Part shown: one piece after another, positions 10,997 through 24,244 of the stretch
How the letters are laid out: each line of letters starts with the position of its first letter
How positions within the stretch are numbered: the first letter of the stretch is position 1
Origin: Antedon mediterranea
Lineage: Eukaryota > Animalia > Echinodermata
Direction of reading: 5' to 3'
Assembly (NCBI RefSeq): GCF_964355755.1
Contig: NC_092679.1
Span: 11,391,432-11,455,431, forward strand
Length of the DNA: 64,000 nt
Notes under the pieces: model-generated
Seen by the model: the letters and a program-made list of their open reading frames with translations, nothing else
The model's database searches: none
Told to the model about the DNA's origin: nothing
Position numbers and translations under genes: made by a program

Positions 10997-11607
10997 AGCC
11001 CCCTTCCCTACGTTTTTTAGATCTAATTTAAGATCACAAACTATATTTAATGTAAAAATAATACTATATGGTCCTATTGCGATAACTTTTTTCGTCTTTA
11101 AACGGTTAAAAATGTGAAAAATAAGTTGATTCTAATAATTATAGCGGCCCGCTATAAATCCCAAAATGCATTGCACGCGGATTGATATTTTTGTTTTTCA
11201 CCTGTAATTCGCCCACTTTTCGATCGATCGTGAGGCCAAAACAAATGGAAAACTCCTAACTTTTCAGCGAAAATACCGGGTTTTCCCCAATTTGTATCAA
11301 CGGAGTTTGGCAAAAATAGAAAGACAATTAATGCAGCAACTATACAACGTCAGGCTAGGTATATAGCTAGCGTACGATGTTCGTACGTTATCGATGTTTA
11401 CCAGCTAGGCCTACAAAACTAAGCCTAGCTAGGCTAGGCCAAAGACCGTCCACGAGAGGTCGATCGCCGCGAGCTACTTAGGTAGTGCATTGTTTCTCAC
11501 TTTTTATCATAATTTACCATAAAACGTACATTTAACTTTAAGACAAGGAATGACATGATATATATGTATTTTTCCAAAAAACGTCCAAAATTGCAGGGAA
11601 GGGGTCT
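10997..11607. mobile_element. Kolobok-like MITE
   Basis: TTAA|AGCCCCCTTCCCTAC ... GCAGGGAAGGGGTCT|TTAA: TTAA TSD, AG...CT termini and short TIRs. Confidence 0.7.
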
Positions 11608-11958
11608 TTAATAGTATTAGAAATTCTATATTCAAAATTAACTAAAAACATAATTAGCGTTTTCATTAAAAATGCATCTGGGCCTAGTGCGTCCCATGCA
11701 AAATAGCGCGACCGATTTCAAACGCGACCGATATCATCAAACGTATAGCTCTAGCAGCGCGCCATACAAAATACCGGAAGTTGATTTTATCGCGACCGAT
11801 TTTAAACGCGACCGATTTCATCTGACACCACAGTACTAGGCCCTAGTAGTAGTAGGGATAAAGATGCAATAAAAGCAAACATTTTGAAAACATTGTCGAA
11901 ATGTATTTCGAAGTAATAAATAATTGAATATAAAATTACGTTTTTTTACTAATTTATA

Positions 11959-13043
11959 CGGTAGCCTATAAGTGTCACGGCAACTTTAAAAAAATATCAC
12001 GGCAACTTTAAAAAAAAAGCCACGGCAATTTGAAAAAAGCCACGGCAATTTGAAAAAAGCCACTGCAATTTGAAAAAAGCCACGGCAAATTAAAAATAAA
12101 ACATCACGGCAAATTAAAAATAAAACATCGCGGCAATTTAACAAAAATACCACGGCAACTTAAAAATGAAACACCACGGCAAATTAGTATTGAAACACCA
12201 CGGCAAATTAGTAATGAAACACCACGGCAAATTACAGAATGCCACGGCGGAAGTGAGTTACCATGGCGGAAGTGAAACCTTTGGAATCTTCGATTTTTTC
12301 TGAGGTAAAGTAATTATTTGTGCATTGAAGTAAATAAATAATTATTATATTATTATTAATTTATTTAACTGCAGCATTTACGTGTTTATTGCACTAGGTC
12401 TAGCTATGCCTACTACTAGCCTAAGGCCTTAGGCCTACAGTAGTAGCTAGGTCTACTGTAAAAAAACTTGTTATATAAAAAACAGATTTATACTGTAAAT
12501 ATATTAAAACATTGTAGAATGTTATAGGGCCTAGGCCTACCTTGTAATAAGGCCTATGGTCTAGCCCGGCCTAGAAAGTTCAAGAAGAGTGCAATAAAGA
12601 CGTAAACTGCTGCAGTTAAATATATTAATATAATATCATATTTACGATACTAATTGATGTGAAGCGACGCTGATTATAATTAATGTTGTATACATGTGCG
12701 CTATACAAGTAATAATAATAATAATAATATTTACATCAATGCACAAATAATGACTTACCTCAGAAAAAATCGAAGATTCCAAAGGTTTCACTTCCGCCGT
12801 GGTAACTCACTTCCGCCGTGGCATTCTGTAATTTGCTGTGGTGTTTCATTATTAATTTGCCGTGGTGTTTCAATACTAATTTGCCGTGGTGTTTCATTTT
12901 TAAGTTGCCGTGGTATTTTTGTTAAATTGCCGCGATGTTTTATTTTTAATTTGCCGTGATGTTTTATTTTTAATTTGCTGTGGCTTTTTTCAAATTGCCG
13001 TGGCTTTTTTTGAAAAAATTGCCGTGACACTTATAGGCCACCG
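11959..13043. mobile_element. TA-flanked MITE with about 420-bp TIRs made of 20-22-bp (ccacggcaaatt) repeats
   Basis: TA|CGGTAGCCTATAAGTGTCACGGCAA ... TTGCCGTGACACTTATAGGCCACCG|TA. Tandem subterminal repeats at 11975-12250, mirrored at 12810-13030. Confidence 0.8.
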
Positions 13044-14074
13044 TAAATTTATTTTATCAACATTGTCAATATCAATAAAATACGGATTGTTAAACACCTT
13101 TAAAAACATGATAAAAAAGTGGGCCGAATCGTCCCGGGCCGAATCATCAGGGCCGAATCGTCCCGGATTCGTTACCAGGTCAGGTGATTAATAATAATAA
13201 TATACTCACGATGCCGTAGCAGAAGAATTTCCGCACGGATATGTTATACATGACACAAAAAGCACATTGAATGACAACAGTAGAAAATAAATCTGATACA
13301 TTTTTAGTAGTGTGTAGAGAGGATATCTTAGGAGAAGAAGATCGATGTGTATCATCACCACATAACAAAGCGTCGTTGTCTCTGTCTCTGGGTGGTCTCA
13401 GCTCTCTCTCTGTCGTCTGCTGTACGGTATCACAAGAATGAGTATTCCGCGATTTTTGCATGAGAAATTTGTCACAGAGAGCTCCAGATAGTGATGCCCG
13501 CCCTCATAAGGGCGGATGTATACATACTAAATAAGACTTGATTTAATAGATATGATACATGTCACATTAAATAGAATTATGATAATATATTTTGCAATTG
13601 TAAACCATTTTATAATACATATTTATTAACAAACTAATGTACATTCACTTTTACAGACAATTATTTACTAACTTGCTAAATTAGTTCACAAAAAAGGCCT
13701 AACACAGCAACACCAAAAATCAACGAATCGTTACTCAGCACGGCCTATTCTTTACCATTGCCGAGAGTACTACTCCACGCCCGGTAAATTCAGTTTTTTT
13801 TTATGATATAAATTAGTATAAAATACATGTTATTAATAGGATAAAATGTTAAATTTCATTAACATTTATTTGTTTTACCAGAAACAAGTTAAACATAGGA
13901 ATATTATTAAACTATCCTCCGTGAAAACGCGTAAACACCAACACGCCCGGTCACGCTATCGTAGCGCCCGGTTGATGAAGCGAACTGTTTATACGGCAGT
14001 TTTTACTAAATAAATTACCCATGTTTCACATGCGTATGTTGCAATTGGGAAAACTAGAGCTGCGATAAATCTAA

Positions 14075-16865
14075 TTGTTGTTGCCTTGCTGATGCTTCTG
14101 TCTTTCCATATCTTGTGCATTAAACACATTGATGATTTTGCTATTGCCGGGACGACGTTTGATCTCAATGGAACATCCGCCCATGGTTTGAAATCATCGA
14201 ACCAAGGAAGTTAAAGTGGTTGACAACTTCAATTAATTGGTTTCCTGCATGATCATTTTCAGCATACCTGATATTATTTAAAGTTCTGCCACCAATAGAT
14301 ATTCCGCTATTGCAGTTTTATAGAGCCAATCTCATAATATATTCTGCATAGACATTAAATAAGTTTGGAGACAGTATGCAACCTTGTCTCACCCCTTGTT
14401 TTATTTTAAACCAAGTACTGTCGCCGCATGCAGTCCTCATAGCAGCTTCCTGGTTATCATATAATGTCCTGAGGAGTTCTACTACATGTCTTGGAAAGCC
14501 CATTGCTATTAAAACATTCCAGAGTCTTTGATTCTGGACAGTATCAAAAGCTTTTGATCAATAAAGCACATATATATAGCGGACGGTTAAATTCAATAGC
14601 TCTTTCCATTATATTTCTAATATTTGCTATTTAGTCTCTTGTACCTCTTCCATCCACAAAACCTGCTTGTTCTTGAGGAATTTCACGACGAATGTATTGT
14701 TTAGTCCTCTCAACAATTATTTACAGCATAATTTTACTCGCGTGTGATATCAGAGAGATAGTTTTGTTATTGTTTTTGCATTCTCTTGTATCTCCTTTCT
14801 TGGGGAGCGGTATAAATATTGATCTAGCCCAGTCAGTTGGCCAGCTCTTATCGGTCCATATCAAGTTACATAGATTATGCATTAAAGTGATACCTTCATC
14901 CCCTGTCTCCTTAAGAAGCTCAGCTGGAATATCATCATATTCCGGTGTTTTCCCATCCTTAATTTTCTTTATTACAAATTCCACTTCTGATCTTAGTATA
15001 TTTGGCATGTCATGTTGATCTACCTCCATTGCTTTTATAACTTGGTCTGAATATTTACTATCATACAACCTTTGACAATATTCTTTCCACCTATCCTTGA
15101 TTTGGTGACTCTCAATTAGAATCGTACCGTCCCCATCTTTAATAACATTTAATTTTACAGCCCTCTTGCCAGTAATTTCTTTTACAGCTTTGAAGAAGTC
15201 TCTAGAATGATTGGTAACGAAATGCGATTCAACCTCTCTGCATTTTCTTTTAAGGAAAGGTCCGTTTATCTTGTCTAGTAACACGTTGGATACTTCTACT
15301 AAGATGTTTATATTGACTGCCGTCTCTCTCACTGTGTAAACCATTTGCTTTTATTTGCAGCCTCTCATCTGCCAGTGCAACCACCTTGTCCGATATCCAA
15401 GGGGCTCGGCATTTCTTTAGTTTTGGTAAATTTTTCCGAGCTGCTAATGAGATTGCATTTTTTGTCAACTCCCACAATTCATTCTGTTTCCATGTTTTTT
15501 CCTTTTTAAGAATTACTTTAAAAGAATTTCTGACTCCAGCTTGATATTGGTCATTTATTTGTTTAACATCATATCTGCGTGGTAGAGCGTCTCGTTTTAC
15601 TATCTTTAGTTTGCAACGGATTTCAGCAGTTAAAAGTTGGTGATCTGAGTCGCAGTCTGCTCCTGGGTACGTTTTTGCCACTTTGACACTTGATCTCCAC
15701 CGATGTATAATCAAAATGTAATCTAGGCCTATTTGATTTCGGTAATTTCCATCTGGTGATATCCAAGTAGGCCTATATAGTCGTCGTGGGTGCTGTGGAA
15801 ATAATGTATTTGTTAAAACCAGGTCATTCTCAATGCAGAAATCCACCAGTTTTTCACCTCTCTCGTTAGCATGGCCAAGCCCAAACCTTCCCATTGCATG
15901 ATTCTTCTCCAGGTTACTTCCAACTTTGGCATTAAAATCACCCATAATAATAACAATGTCTCTATTTGGGGTTTTATTAATAGTTTCTTGGAGTTTTGGT
16001 AAAAGTAATTAATTATCTCCTCATCTACTGAAGAGGTTGAAGCATACACTTGAATTATTGAGATATTGATTGGTTTTGCTTGAAGACGAATGGATATAAT
16101 TCTGTCACTGATTGGGTTATATCCAAGAATAGATTTTGCAGATTGTCTTGACATTATAAAACCAACTCCATTACGCCTTAGTCTATCTGAGCCAGAAAAG
16201 TACACAGTGCATCCATCATCTGTTCTGAAATGACCTTTCCCAATCCATCTGTCTTCTGATAAGCCACATATCGGAATTTTGCATCTATTCAATTCTCTCT
16301 GGAGAATGTGCAGTTTGCTAGGATCAGTCATACTTCTTACATTCCATGTTCCGGTACGCAAGTTATGTCTTAAATTAATTTTTTCCTTTGTTTCATTCCT
16401 TTCATCAGCCTGTGGAGCGTCATTACAGGAACTTCCGTAGGAAAACAGTTGTTGCCCATTACTTTCCCCTCTGGGTCCAGAGGTATCACCTTGGTATGCC
16501 AGGCTGGCGACTACCCCACTATTTGAAGACTTCATCATTTAGGTTGGGAAAAAATAGTGAAGTGGGTTCCCGTTTCCTTCTTCACCAACAGTAGTCATCT
16601 AACTAGACTCTTCTTGCCAGCTATTGTCTATAAAGATCATTTGCCTGCCAAAATATATTTATCCATCAACGCTGTTGTCCATTGACGGCCACTTTTAACA
16701 TAATTTCGTCTGTTCAGGATGTGGCTGTTACCAACATTTTTACTGCTAAAACATTGCTTGCCGTTGACCAATCCCAAACAAAGTATGGCAGAGGGCGTCC
16801 ATCGCCGACTAACTGTGGTTGGTCAGCACCAGTTGCGTTTCGGTCATCCCGGATGGAAGCCCCTT
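14075..16865 (-). mobile_element. Degenerate RTE-clade (BovB-like) non-LTR retrotransposon: APE endonuclease plus RT, frameshifted and internally deleted
   Basis: ORF pieces 15813..16538 (GTWNVRSM, NGVGFI, SDRIISIRL), 15250..15945 (MGDFNAKVG, DCDSDHQLL), 14721..15344 (IPAELLK, WPTDW..IFIPLPKKGD) and 14318..14503 (GVRQGCILSPNLFNVYAE). Confidence 0.9.
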
Positions 16866-16904
16866 GTGATGTTGTAAAATTAGATTAATATTAAGATATA
16901 AACC

Positions 16905-19900
16905 TTTTTTTTCTTTTTTTTTATTATTCATATTTCATACAGAGAAAAAAAAGAAAAAAAAGGAAAAAATAAACAAAAAGACGTGTCTTTCTATAACAAG
17001 CAGTAAAAAAGATTAATATTACAATAAATTAATAAAGTCTACCCATTGTTTCTCAAAATCAGATTCTCCATTTTGCCTTGCAATATACCTTAACATCATT
17101 AAATAATTACGTAAATAAATATTTAAAGCCTTAATACTTGGCAAAGTTTTACCAATTCTACATTTATAAATTAAATACTTTGTAAGAATAATAATTGTAT
17201 TAACAGAAAAACATTGTGAAATATCTCCAAACAAAAGCGAATCAATTGTAAAAGTTATTTTTTTAAAGGAAATACTAATTTTGTGTTCTATATTTGACCA
17301 TAGTGATTTTACATATTTACAGCTTACAAACAGATGAGGAAGTGTTTCAGGTACATCACAGAAAGTACATGCTTCATTTTGTCGAATACCAATTCTTGTC
17401 AAAAAAACATTTGTTGCAATTATTCTATTATTTATTCTATATTGGAACCATTGTTCCAAAACAAATTTGGAAAGGACGCAGTCAAGGCGGTTTTAATATG
17501 GTTCAAATAGAAGATTTTTTTGTGTGACAGTTTGTCTGTCACATTTAAAAGGAAGTTTGTACATTTGTTTCAATTCCTCATCTGTTTTATTGACATTAAT
17601 TTTTTCTTCCCATTTTCTCATACTTTTCGGTCTGACAAAAATATGTTCTTTAAATTTGTTGTAAAAAGCTTTACACCCTGTTGGATTTTTAATAAAAATA
17701 TCTAAATGAAAAGGAATTATTGGTGCTTGCAGTTTAGTTACTATGTTTTATTGAATTAATTATACCTTGGTACTGTAAAAAATTACATTGAATATTATAA
17801 TGTTTTTTGAAATGTTCCCATGACATAAAAGATTTTTTTTTCTGAATGTAATACATCGTTAATATAAACTATTCCCCCTTCATACCAATTTTTAAAAAAC
17901 ACTGGCCTATTGGCAACTTTTATTTCGTTATTTTCCCACAAAAATATTCTTGGGATATCTATATTTGTTTCTGGGTAATTACTTTGATTCAGATTATTCC
18001 AGGCAGTTACAACATCATTCCAAAAGGCATTCCTTTCAGAAGTTAAAAAAACACTTTTTTCCGATATTATACCACTCATAAGAGGAACAAAACAATTAGA
18101 AAGAGATTTCCATTTACCCGAAGAAAACATGTATCTCCGGATCCATGTTAACTTTAAGGACTGAAAAAAATCTTCTATTTGAACCATATTAAAACCGCCT
18201 TGACTGCGTCCTTTCCAATTTTTAAAAAAACACTGGCCTATTGGCAACTTTTATTTCGTTATTTCACCACAAACATATTCTTGGGATATCTATATTTGTT
18301 TCTGGGTAATTACTTTGATTCAGATTATTCCAGGCAGTTACAACATCATTCCAAAAGGCATTCCTTTCAGAAGTTAAAAAAACACTTTTTCCCGATATTA
18401 TACCACTCATAAGAGGAACAAAAAAATTAGAAAGAGATTTCCATTTACCCGAAGAAAACATGTATCTCCGGATCCATGTTAACTTTAAGGACTGAAAAAA
18501 ATCTTCTATTTGAACCATATTAAAACCGCCTTGACTGCGTCCTTTCCAAATTTGTTTTCTACTTATTTTCTCACTAGATTTCCAAATAAATTTATAAAGT
18601 AATGTATTGAGCTTTGCAACACAATTTTTATTGGGGTTTGGTATGGTTAGAATTATGTGATTTATTTTTGGAATAATTAGAGATTTTACAATAGTAAGCC
18701 TTCCAAGAGGCGTGAGATATCTTTTTGACCATTATGCTAGTGAATTTTGTATAGATGTCATAAATTTATTATAATTTAGTTCTGGCATTTGAGTGTAGTC
18801 AACACAATACATGATGCCAAGAAGATTAAAGTGTCCATCATCTGGGCAATAGAAATCTTTTTCTTTACAAATTCTTTCTTTACAATGCGTTTTGCTCCCA
18901 ATCCACATAGCACATGTTTTTTGGTAGTTAACCTTTAAACCAGATATGTTGTAAAAACTATCTAACTCTTTAGGCCTAAATGCTTCTAGCATACTATTTT
19001 CTGAGCCATCAATGTATATAGTGGCATCGTCAGAGTACATACTGATTTTAAACTCGGTGCCTTCTACATTAATACCTTTCATGTACTCATTTGATCTGAT
19101 ATACATAAAATAAATAAATATGGTGAAAGAGGGTCGCCTTGACGACATCCTCTTTATATATTAAAAAAAGGTGTTGGGTAACCATTTACAAGAACACTTG
19201 ATTTACATTCGTTATAAAAAATGTCAATCCACCTTAAAATATCATCACCAAAATTATAGTTTAAAAGGACTTTTTTCATAAAAGTGTGGGAAACCGTGTC
19301 AAAAGCCTTTTCAAAATCAATAATTAACACAAGACCAGGAATATTACGTAATTTGGTGTAAACTAGGATGTCGTACATTGTTCTAGTACACTCACCTATA
19401 TATCTACCCTTCATGAAACCTTGTTGGTCCTCATTAATTAGAAGATTTAAAACACATTTTATTCTTTCGGCTATACATGATGAGGCAATCTTATATACAA
19501 CATTTAAAAGTGAAATAGGTCTCCAGTTTTGAATCAATTCACGTGGTTTATCAGATTTAGGTAATAGTGTTATTAAGCCCTGTGTCTGACTTATTGAGAG
19601 ATGACCTGTATCGAATGCATAATTTAATTAGTTAACAACAAATTGTCCCAGACTTTTCCACAAAAATTTAAAAAACTCTACTGAAAAACCATCTGTGCCA
19701 GGACTTTTGTTATGTTTCATTAATTTTGTTTGAGGACTTTACTAACTTCTTCAAATGTGTGTTTTCCTTCTATTTTTAATTTATCACTTTCAGCTAAAGT
19801 TGTTTAGCACGCTTTAAAACCTCCTCAGCCTTGGCTGTATCAATAGGGTGTTCACTGTATAAATGTTTATAGAAAATATATATGCTTTCTTTGATTTCTA

Positions 19901-22611
19901 TTTGGCTATTAACTAAAAGAGAATCGTTTTCTTTTATGCAGGTTAAGAAAATTTTTGATAGATTTTTTGCCGTCTTCACACCACTGTGCCCTTGATCTAA
20001 TTATAATTCCTGCTATCCTGATCTTACGTATTTTCTCTAACTCTTCTTTTTTAACCGTCAAATCTTCTAATACATATATTTATAACTGCAAAGTTAACGA
20101 ACAAAAACCTCACATAAATCACTTTAAATCGGTATATGAGAGGTATAAAGAAATTGAAAAGTACATTGTTTTTAAAAATAGCTAGGCTGTTGATATTTAT
20201 GTATAAAAATAGCCATATATGTTTTGTAACTTGAAAAGGTTACTTTATTATTATTTTGTATTACTTTGTAATGTAACCAAGTTAAGTAATGTATACTGTT
20301 TTATGAAATATAGAAAATAAAATAATAAAAAAAAAAAAAGAAAAAAAAAAAGATTTTTCTTTTGGATTTAAATTAAAAATATTTTCCAGAATTTCCTTTA
20401 CTAGTTTCTTTTCGATTTCATTATTTTTTTTGTTTTTTTGGCTAGAGTATTTTAGTGTTACGCTTCTGATTTCCATCAAAAGTACATCTAAAAAAAGTTG
20501 ATTATTTATACTAAACTCTCGGACATCCTCGTGATTTTCTTTCTTTGAATATTGATCGATAATTTGTTTTATTTTTTCTTCTACAATAGTGCAATAATCC
20601 ATATCCTTAAGTAATGAGTTGTTAAACTTCCAAAACCCAGTACCTTTTTTAATATCGTTAAATTGTATTGAAAGTAGAACAATTGAATGGTCGGTCCTAT
20701 ACCCCGGCTTAATAATACAATTTGTAACTACAGTAAATGCGTAAGGTCTCTAGAGATTAAAAAGAAATCTAATCTCGCTTGTTTGAATGGATTTTGTTGT
20801 TTCCATGTATAGGATTTAGTATTCCTGTTTTTTTCTCGCCAAATATCAATTAGATTGTCATTTTGAATTAGTTCTATAACTTGGTTACATGCATTCGGAT
20901 TATTGGTGTTTGTATAGTTTAGGTAATCGACATTAGGATTTAAAACCAAGTTCCAGTCGCCACAAATTATAGTATAAAGGTTTTCAAAATTATGTATGAT
21001 ATCCTCAATATCAGTATAAAATTGTGGGTTATCTCTATTTTGGCCATATAAATTAATTAAAGTAATACGTGTCTCTTTAATTGTTATGTCAAGAGCTACT
21101 AAGTTTCCAATTGTATCTGTTTTTTGATTATGAACTTTAAATTGCATCTTATTACCAAACAATATGGCCGTTCCTCTAGAATTTGAGGTCCCAGGTGAAT
21201 AAAAAAACATCATATCCCCATTCTGCCCTAATGATATTTTCACTTTCTTTATTTATATGAATATCCTGAAGACAATATATGGACCATTCTTTCTCTCTTA
21301 AGTATTCAAAGACATCACATCTTTTCTTTTTGTCTCCTAAACCTCTACAGTTAATTGTAAAAATGTTTAACTCAGTCATGGTAATTTAATATATTTATTA
21401 CAATATGCAAAAGAACAGACTTAAATAACTTTTTATTAGAGCGATAAGACACACAAAAAAAATAAATAAAAAGAAAAAAACAACAAAAATAGAGAATAAT
21501 CATTCGCATGTTCAGATAGTTCGGGTAGTATGTTAATGATATATTCTCAAATCTAGTTGGGCTCATCCTTACTAGCTGCGCATCTCCTGCGTGTTCTTGA
21601 TTTCTTACTGTGGACAGTTTGGTATCGGATGCATGGTGGAAGTAACATCGGTATGAACGCAAATTTAACATCTGATTTTGCTTTTATATTTTCTAGATGC
21701 GTATCTTTTAATTTCTTTCTCCTTGCTGAGAGGTCGTCCGAAATAAAGATTTTATGTCCGTTCAACGTGTTGTTTTTCAGCGTTTTTGCAGTATTTGAGA
21801 GTATGTGCAATTTATCTCCATATCTCAATAGTTTCACGTGGATCGGTCTTGGATATTCTTTTCGTGATTTTTGTTTCCGTGCTGGTGTACGGTGTGCTCG
21901 CTCTATTTCAATGTCTACTGCTTCTTCAAGCTTCATGTGGTTGAAAAGGATAAACCTGACTACGTCCTCGCTTGACATGTTGTCTCCTGCACCGTAATTT
22001 TCCGGAACGTTATGAAACACAATATTATTCCTGCATGATCTATTCCTTAAATCGTCTATTTTGTTTTCAAGCCTTACAATTGCTTGTGACCTATGTTCTT
22101 CTGACTCTTTGTTCTTTAATTGTTCGGTAAAGGTTTGGTCTACCATATTTAATGACGTTTTTAGCTCCTCTATACTTTTCTTATTTGTAACATTTACCTC
22201 TTCTACTTTATTTAATCTGTTTTCTACCTTTGATATTTTTGTTTCCATAGAGTCTAGTTTATTTAGAATTGTATCTAGCTTTGAATGAATATCGTCAAGC
22301 GAAACAGGTATGCATTCCTCACCTGTGTTTTATTCCCGCCTTTCCTACTATCGGCACCTTTGTTCTTTTGTTTACTACGATCGTCAGGCGCTACCGATCT
22401 CAGGTGATACGTTATATTTTCCTGTTTATCCTGCTTACTTTAGCTATAGATTTTTCCATTTAGCTGATCTTGATAGTCAGGATGTTATTGAAATGTACTT
22501 ACAGTTTATTGCAGTCGACAAGACGATTTAGGTACAAAAACTGCTATATATATTTTTTTTTCAGGAGCTCTCGATATGTACACGTCTTACTCCATAGCTA
22601 GTCAGACGCCC
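16905..22611 (-). mobile_element. Near full-length but decayed Tx1/L1-clade LINE (ORF1, APE, RT, zf-RVT)
   Basis: ORF1 21553..22248 (coiled coil, RNNIVFHNVPE, IERAHR, RPIHVKLLRY). APE 21176..21379 and 20728..21243 (TINCRGLG, CLQD, CGDWN, ARLDFFL). RT 19154..19537 (NWRPISLLN, DFEKAFD) and 18732..19148 (YSDD). C-terminal CxxC..H..C in 17019..17459. A-rich tail at about 16905-16925; L1-like 5' end GGGCGTCTGACTAGCTATGGAGTAAGACGTG. Confidence 0.9.
20070..20351 (+). mobile_element. 5'-truncated 3' end of another Tx1/L1-like LINE inserted antisense in the element above
   Basis: YIYNCKVNEQKP..YKEIEKYI resembles the Tx1 ORF2 C-terminus (cf. YLIYKCRI..LP in 17019..17459). Followed by a short UTR, AATAAA and poly(A) at 20327-20351. 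Confidence 0.6.
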
Positions 22612-23149
22612 TCAATGTAAGTTGGTGGAAGACAAACTAAACAGAAGGTAATAAAGACAAGTTTATCTTTGTACATCTAATAGATTAGCATCTATTATAA
22701 AACTCTTATCATAGAAAAAGTGACGTTTTAATTTTCCCTCGTAATATATTTCACTTTTTATGTGTTTAGAAAATCAAATTACCAATCGTCAGTCAAAATG
22801 AAACTGACTGTCTTTGAACATCTAATAGATTAGCAGCTATTAAAAAACTCTAATCAGAAAAAAAAAAAGAAAAGCTTTTTGATAATCCCTCGAAATATAT
22901 TTCTCTTTCTATGTGTTTAGGAAATCAAATTAACAATCGTCATTGTAGAAACATAGCAGGAATTTTTTTCTTTTTTTCTTCTATTCCTTCCTTTTCATTT
23001 TCTTTTCTCTTTCTCCTTTTTCTCTTTTTCCTTCATTCCACCCCCCCCCCTTTTTTTCTCTTTTTCTTTTTTCTCCCTTCCCTTTCCTTTCCTTTTCTCT
23101 CTTATCTTTTTTATTTAAAAAAAAAAAAAATCTTATCTTATCTTATTAC

Positions 23150-24120
23150 ATATAAATCATGCATCTATTCAGTGTGCTTTATTCTCAGCTTATCTCCTGT
23201 CGATTGTGGCCTATGTGGGTTTATTTTCACGATCATTCAGTTTTTGATCAACATAACATATTTTTCTCGTTCATTCTTCGTTCTATCTCTAGATATCCCT
23301 TTTATATTATGATGTCCTGTAAACCTCATAACTGCTTCCCTTTCCTTTACTTCTTCGAATACAATTTTTATTGGTCTGTTCTTTTTATCTTCTCTTTTTC
23401 CTATTCTTATTATTACTCTTATTATTTTTTTTCGAGATGGTACTCTTTGTCTTCCAACATTTCTTGTATTTTTACTAGATCTTCTTGCATTCTTTTAGTA
23501 GTATCCTCTATTTTAGATTCAACTATATCATATACAATCAAGTTCATTTTTCTTCTTTCTTTGTCTTCGTATTCTTTGAACATATCTTCAAGAACTACTG
23601 AAACTTGTTTATTCTCTCCTATTTTATTCATCTCTGGCGTTACTCTATTTACCTTCTCATCTAATTTATCTTGCTTAGTTTCTAAATCTTTAATTCTTTC
23701 ATTGAACACATTAACCGTCTTCTTATTTTGTTCTTCCATATTTTTATTTACTTTTTTCTCTACATCTGATATTCTTTTTTCCACTTCATTTACTCTCTTA
23801 TTAATTTTTATGTCCAACTCTTTAATTTGTATTTCAAGATCTCTATTTCTTTGTAGCAACCTCTTTTCTATTTCCTTAATTCTGTCTAGAATTACCCAAC
23901 CCCGTGTTACTTCATTACATCAGACTCGAGCTACTTTTTGGTCTGGGACGTTTTGCTTTATGTTTTTTACTCATAGATTTATCGCTTACATTCTCATCCC
24001 CAGTAGGTGAAGGATAATCATCTTGACTGCTATTTCTGTTATCACGATCGTCAGGCCTGTCATTATGTTCAATAAATTGATGCATTGTTTTTTGTGCCAT
24101 TATGCTAGGCCTAAGTCTCT
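23150..24120 (-). mobile_element. Decayed ORF1-like (coiled-coil) fragment of a CR1/L2-group LINE
   Basis: ORF 23422..23859 is a charged coiled coil followed by ERRKMNLIVYDIVE, typical of LINE ORF1 proteins. Stops on both sides. Confidence 0.55.
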
Positions 24121-24244
24121 GTATGTAACCTGGTAGGTGTTAATTAGTGTTTGATAAACAAATTTGTCACACTCAATAGCCTACTAGGATGAAAGGAAAA
24201 GTGGCAAGCTTATTTGTACCAATAAACCTATATCATGGTAAATG

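Larger units (their letters stand above)
9121..11829. mobile_element. MULE-like non-autonomous element with about 150-bp TIRs built of aaatcggtcgcg repeats
   Basis: 9121-9272 is the near-perfect reverse complement of 11694-11829, with GG...CC termini. Internal motifs are shared with 28428-30447 (acaggtct..gagaa, cggggattccccttttt). Confidence 0.75.
8961..13176. mobile_element. MULE-like non-autonomous element with (gggacgattcggccc) subterminal repeats, carrying nested insertions
   Basis: Left cgggacgattcggcccgg (8966-8983) is the reverse complement of three right-end ggccgaatcgtcccgg-type repeats (13121-13166), ending gttacc. Confidence 0.55.

Noticed and set aside
11975-12250. CRISPR-like short repeat arrays (also 28434-28620, 30239-30440, 62560-62810)
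   Set aside because: No unique spacers, no cas genes, eukaryotic context, and mostly mirrored as TIR arms. These are transposon subterminal repeats.
16780-16865. HDV-like ribozyme at the RTE 5' end
   Set aside because: GC-rich and in the expected position for RTE elements, but I could not build the nested double pseudoknot by eye. Needs an RNAMotif/Infernal search.
22665-23130. ~150-bp tandem duplication and pyrimidine-rich tract
   Set aside because: Ordinary local duplication and low-complexity sequence between LINE remnants.
23159-24010. 283-aa hydrophobic ORF on the + strand (also 21557..21997, 38562..38861, 53081..53650)
   Set aside because: Antisense shadows of Lys/Glu-rich or RT-coding LINE ORFs.
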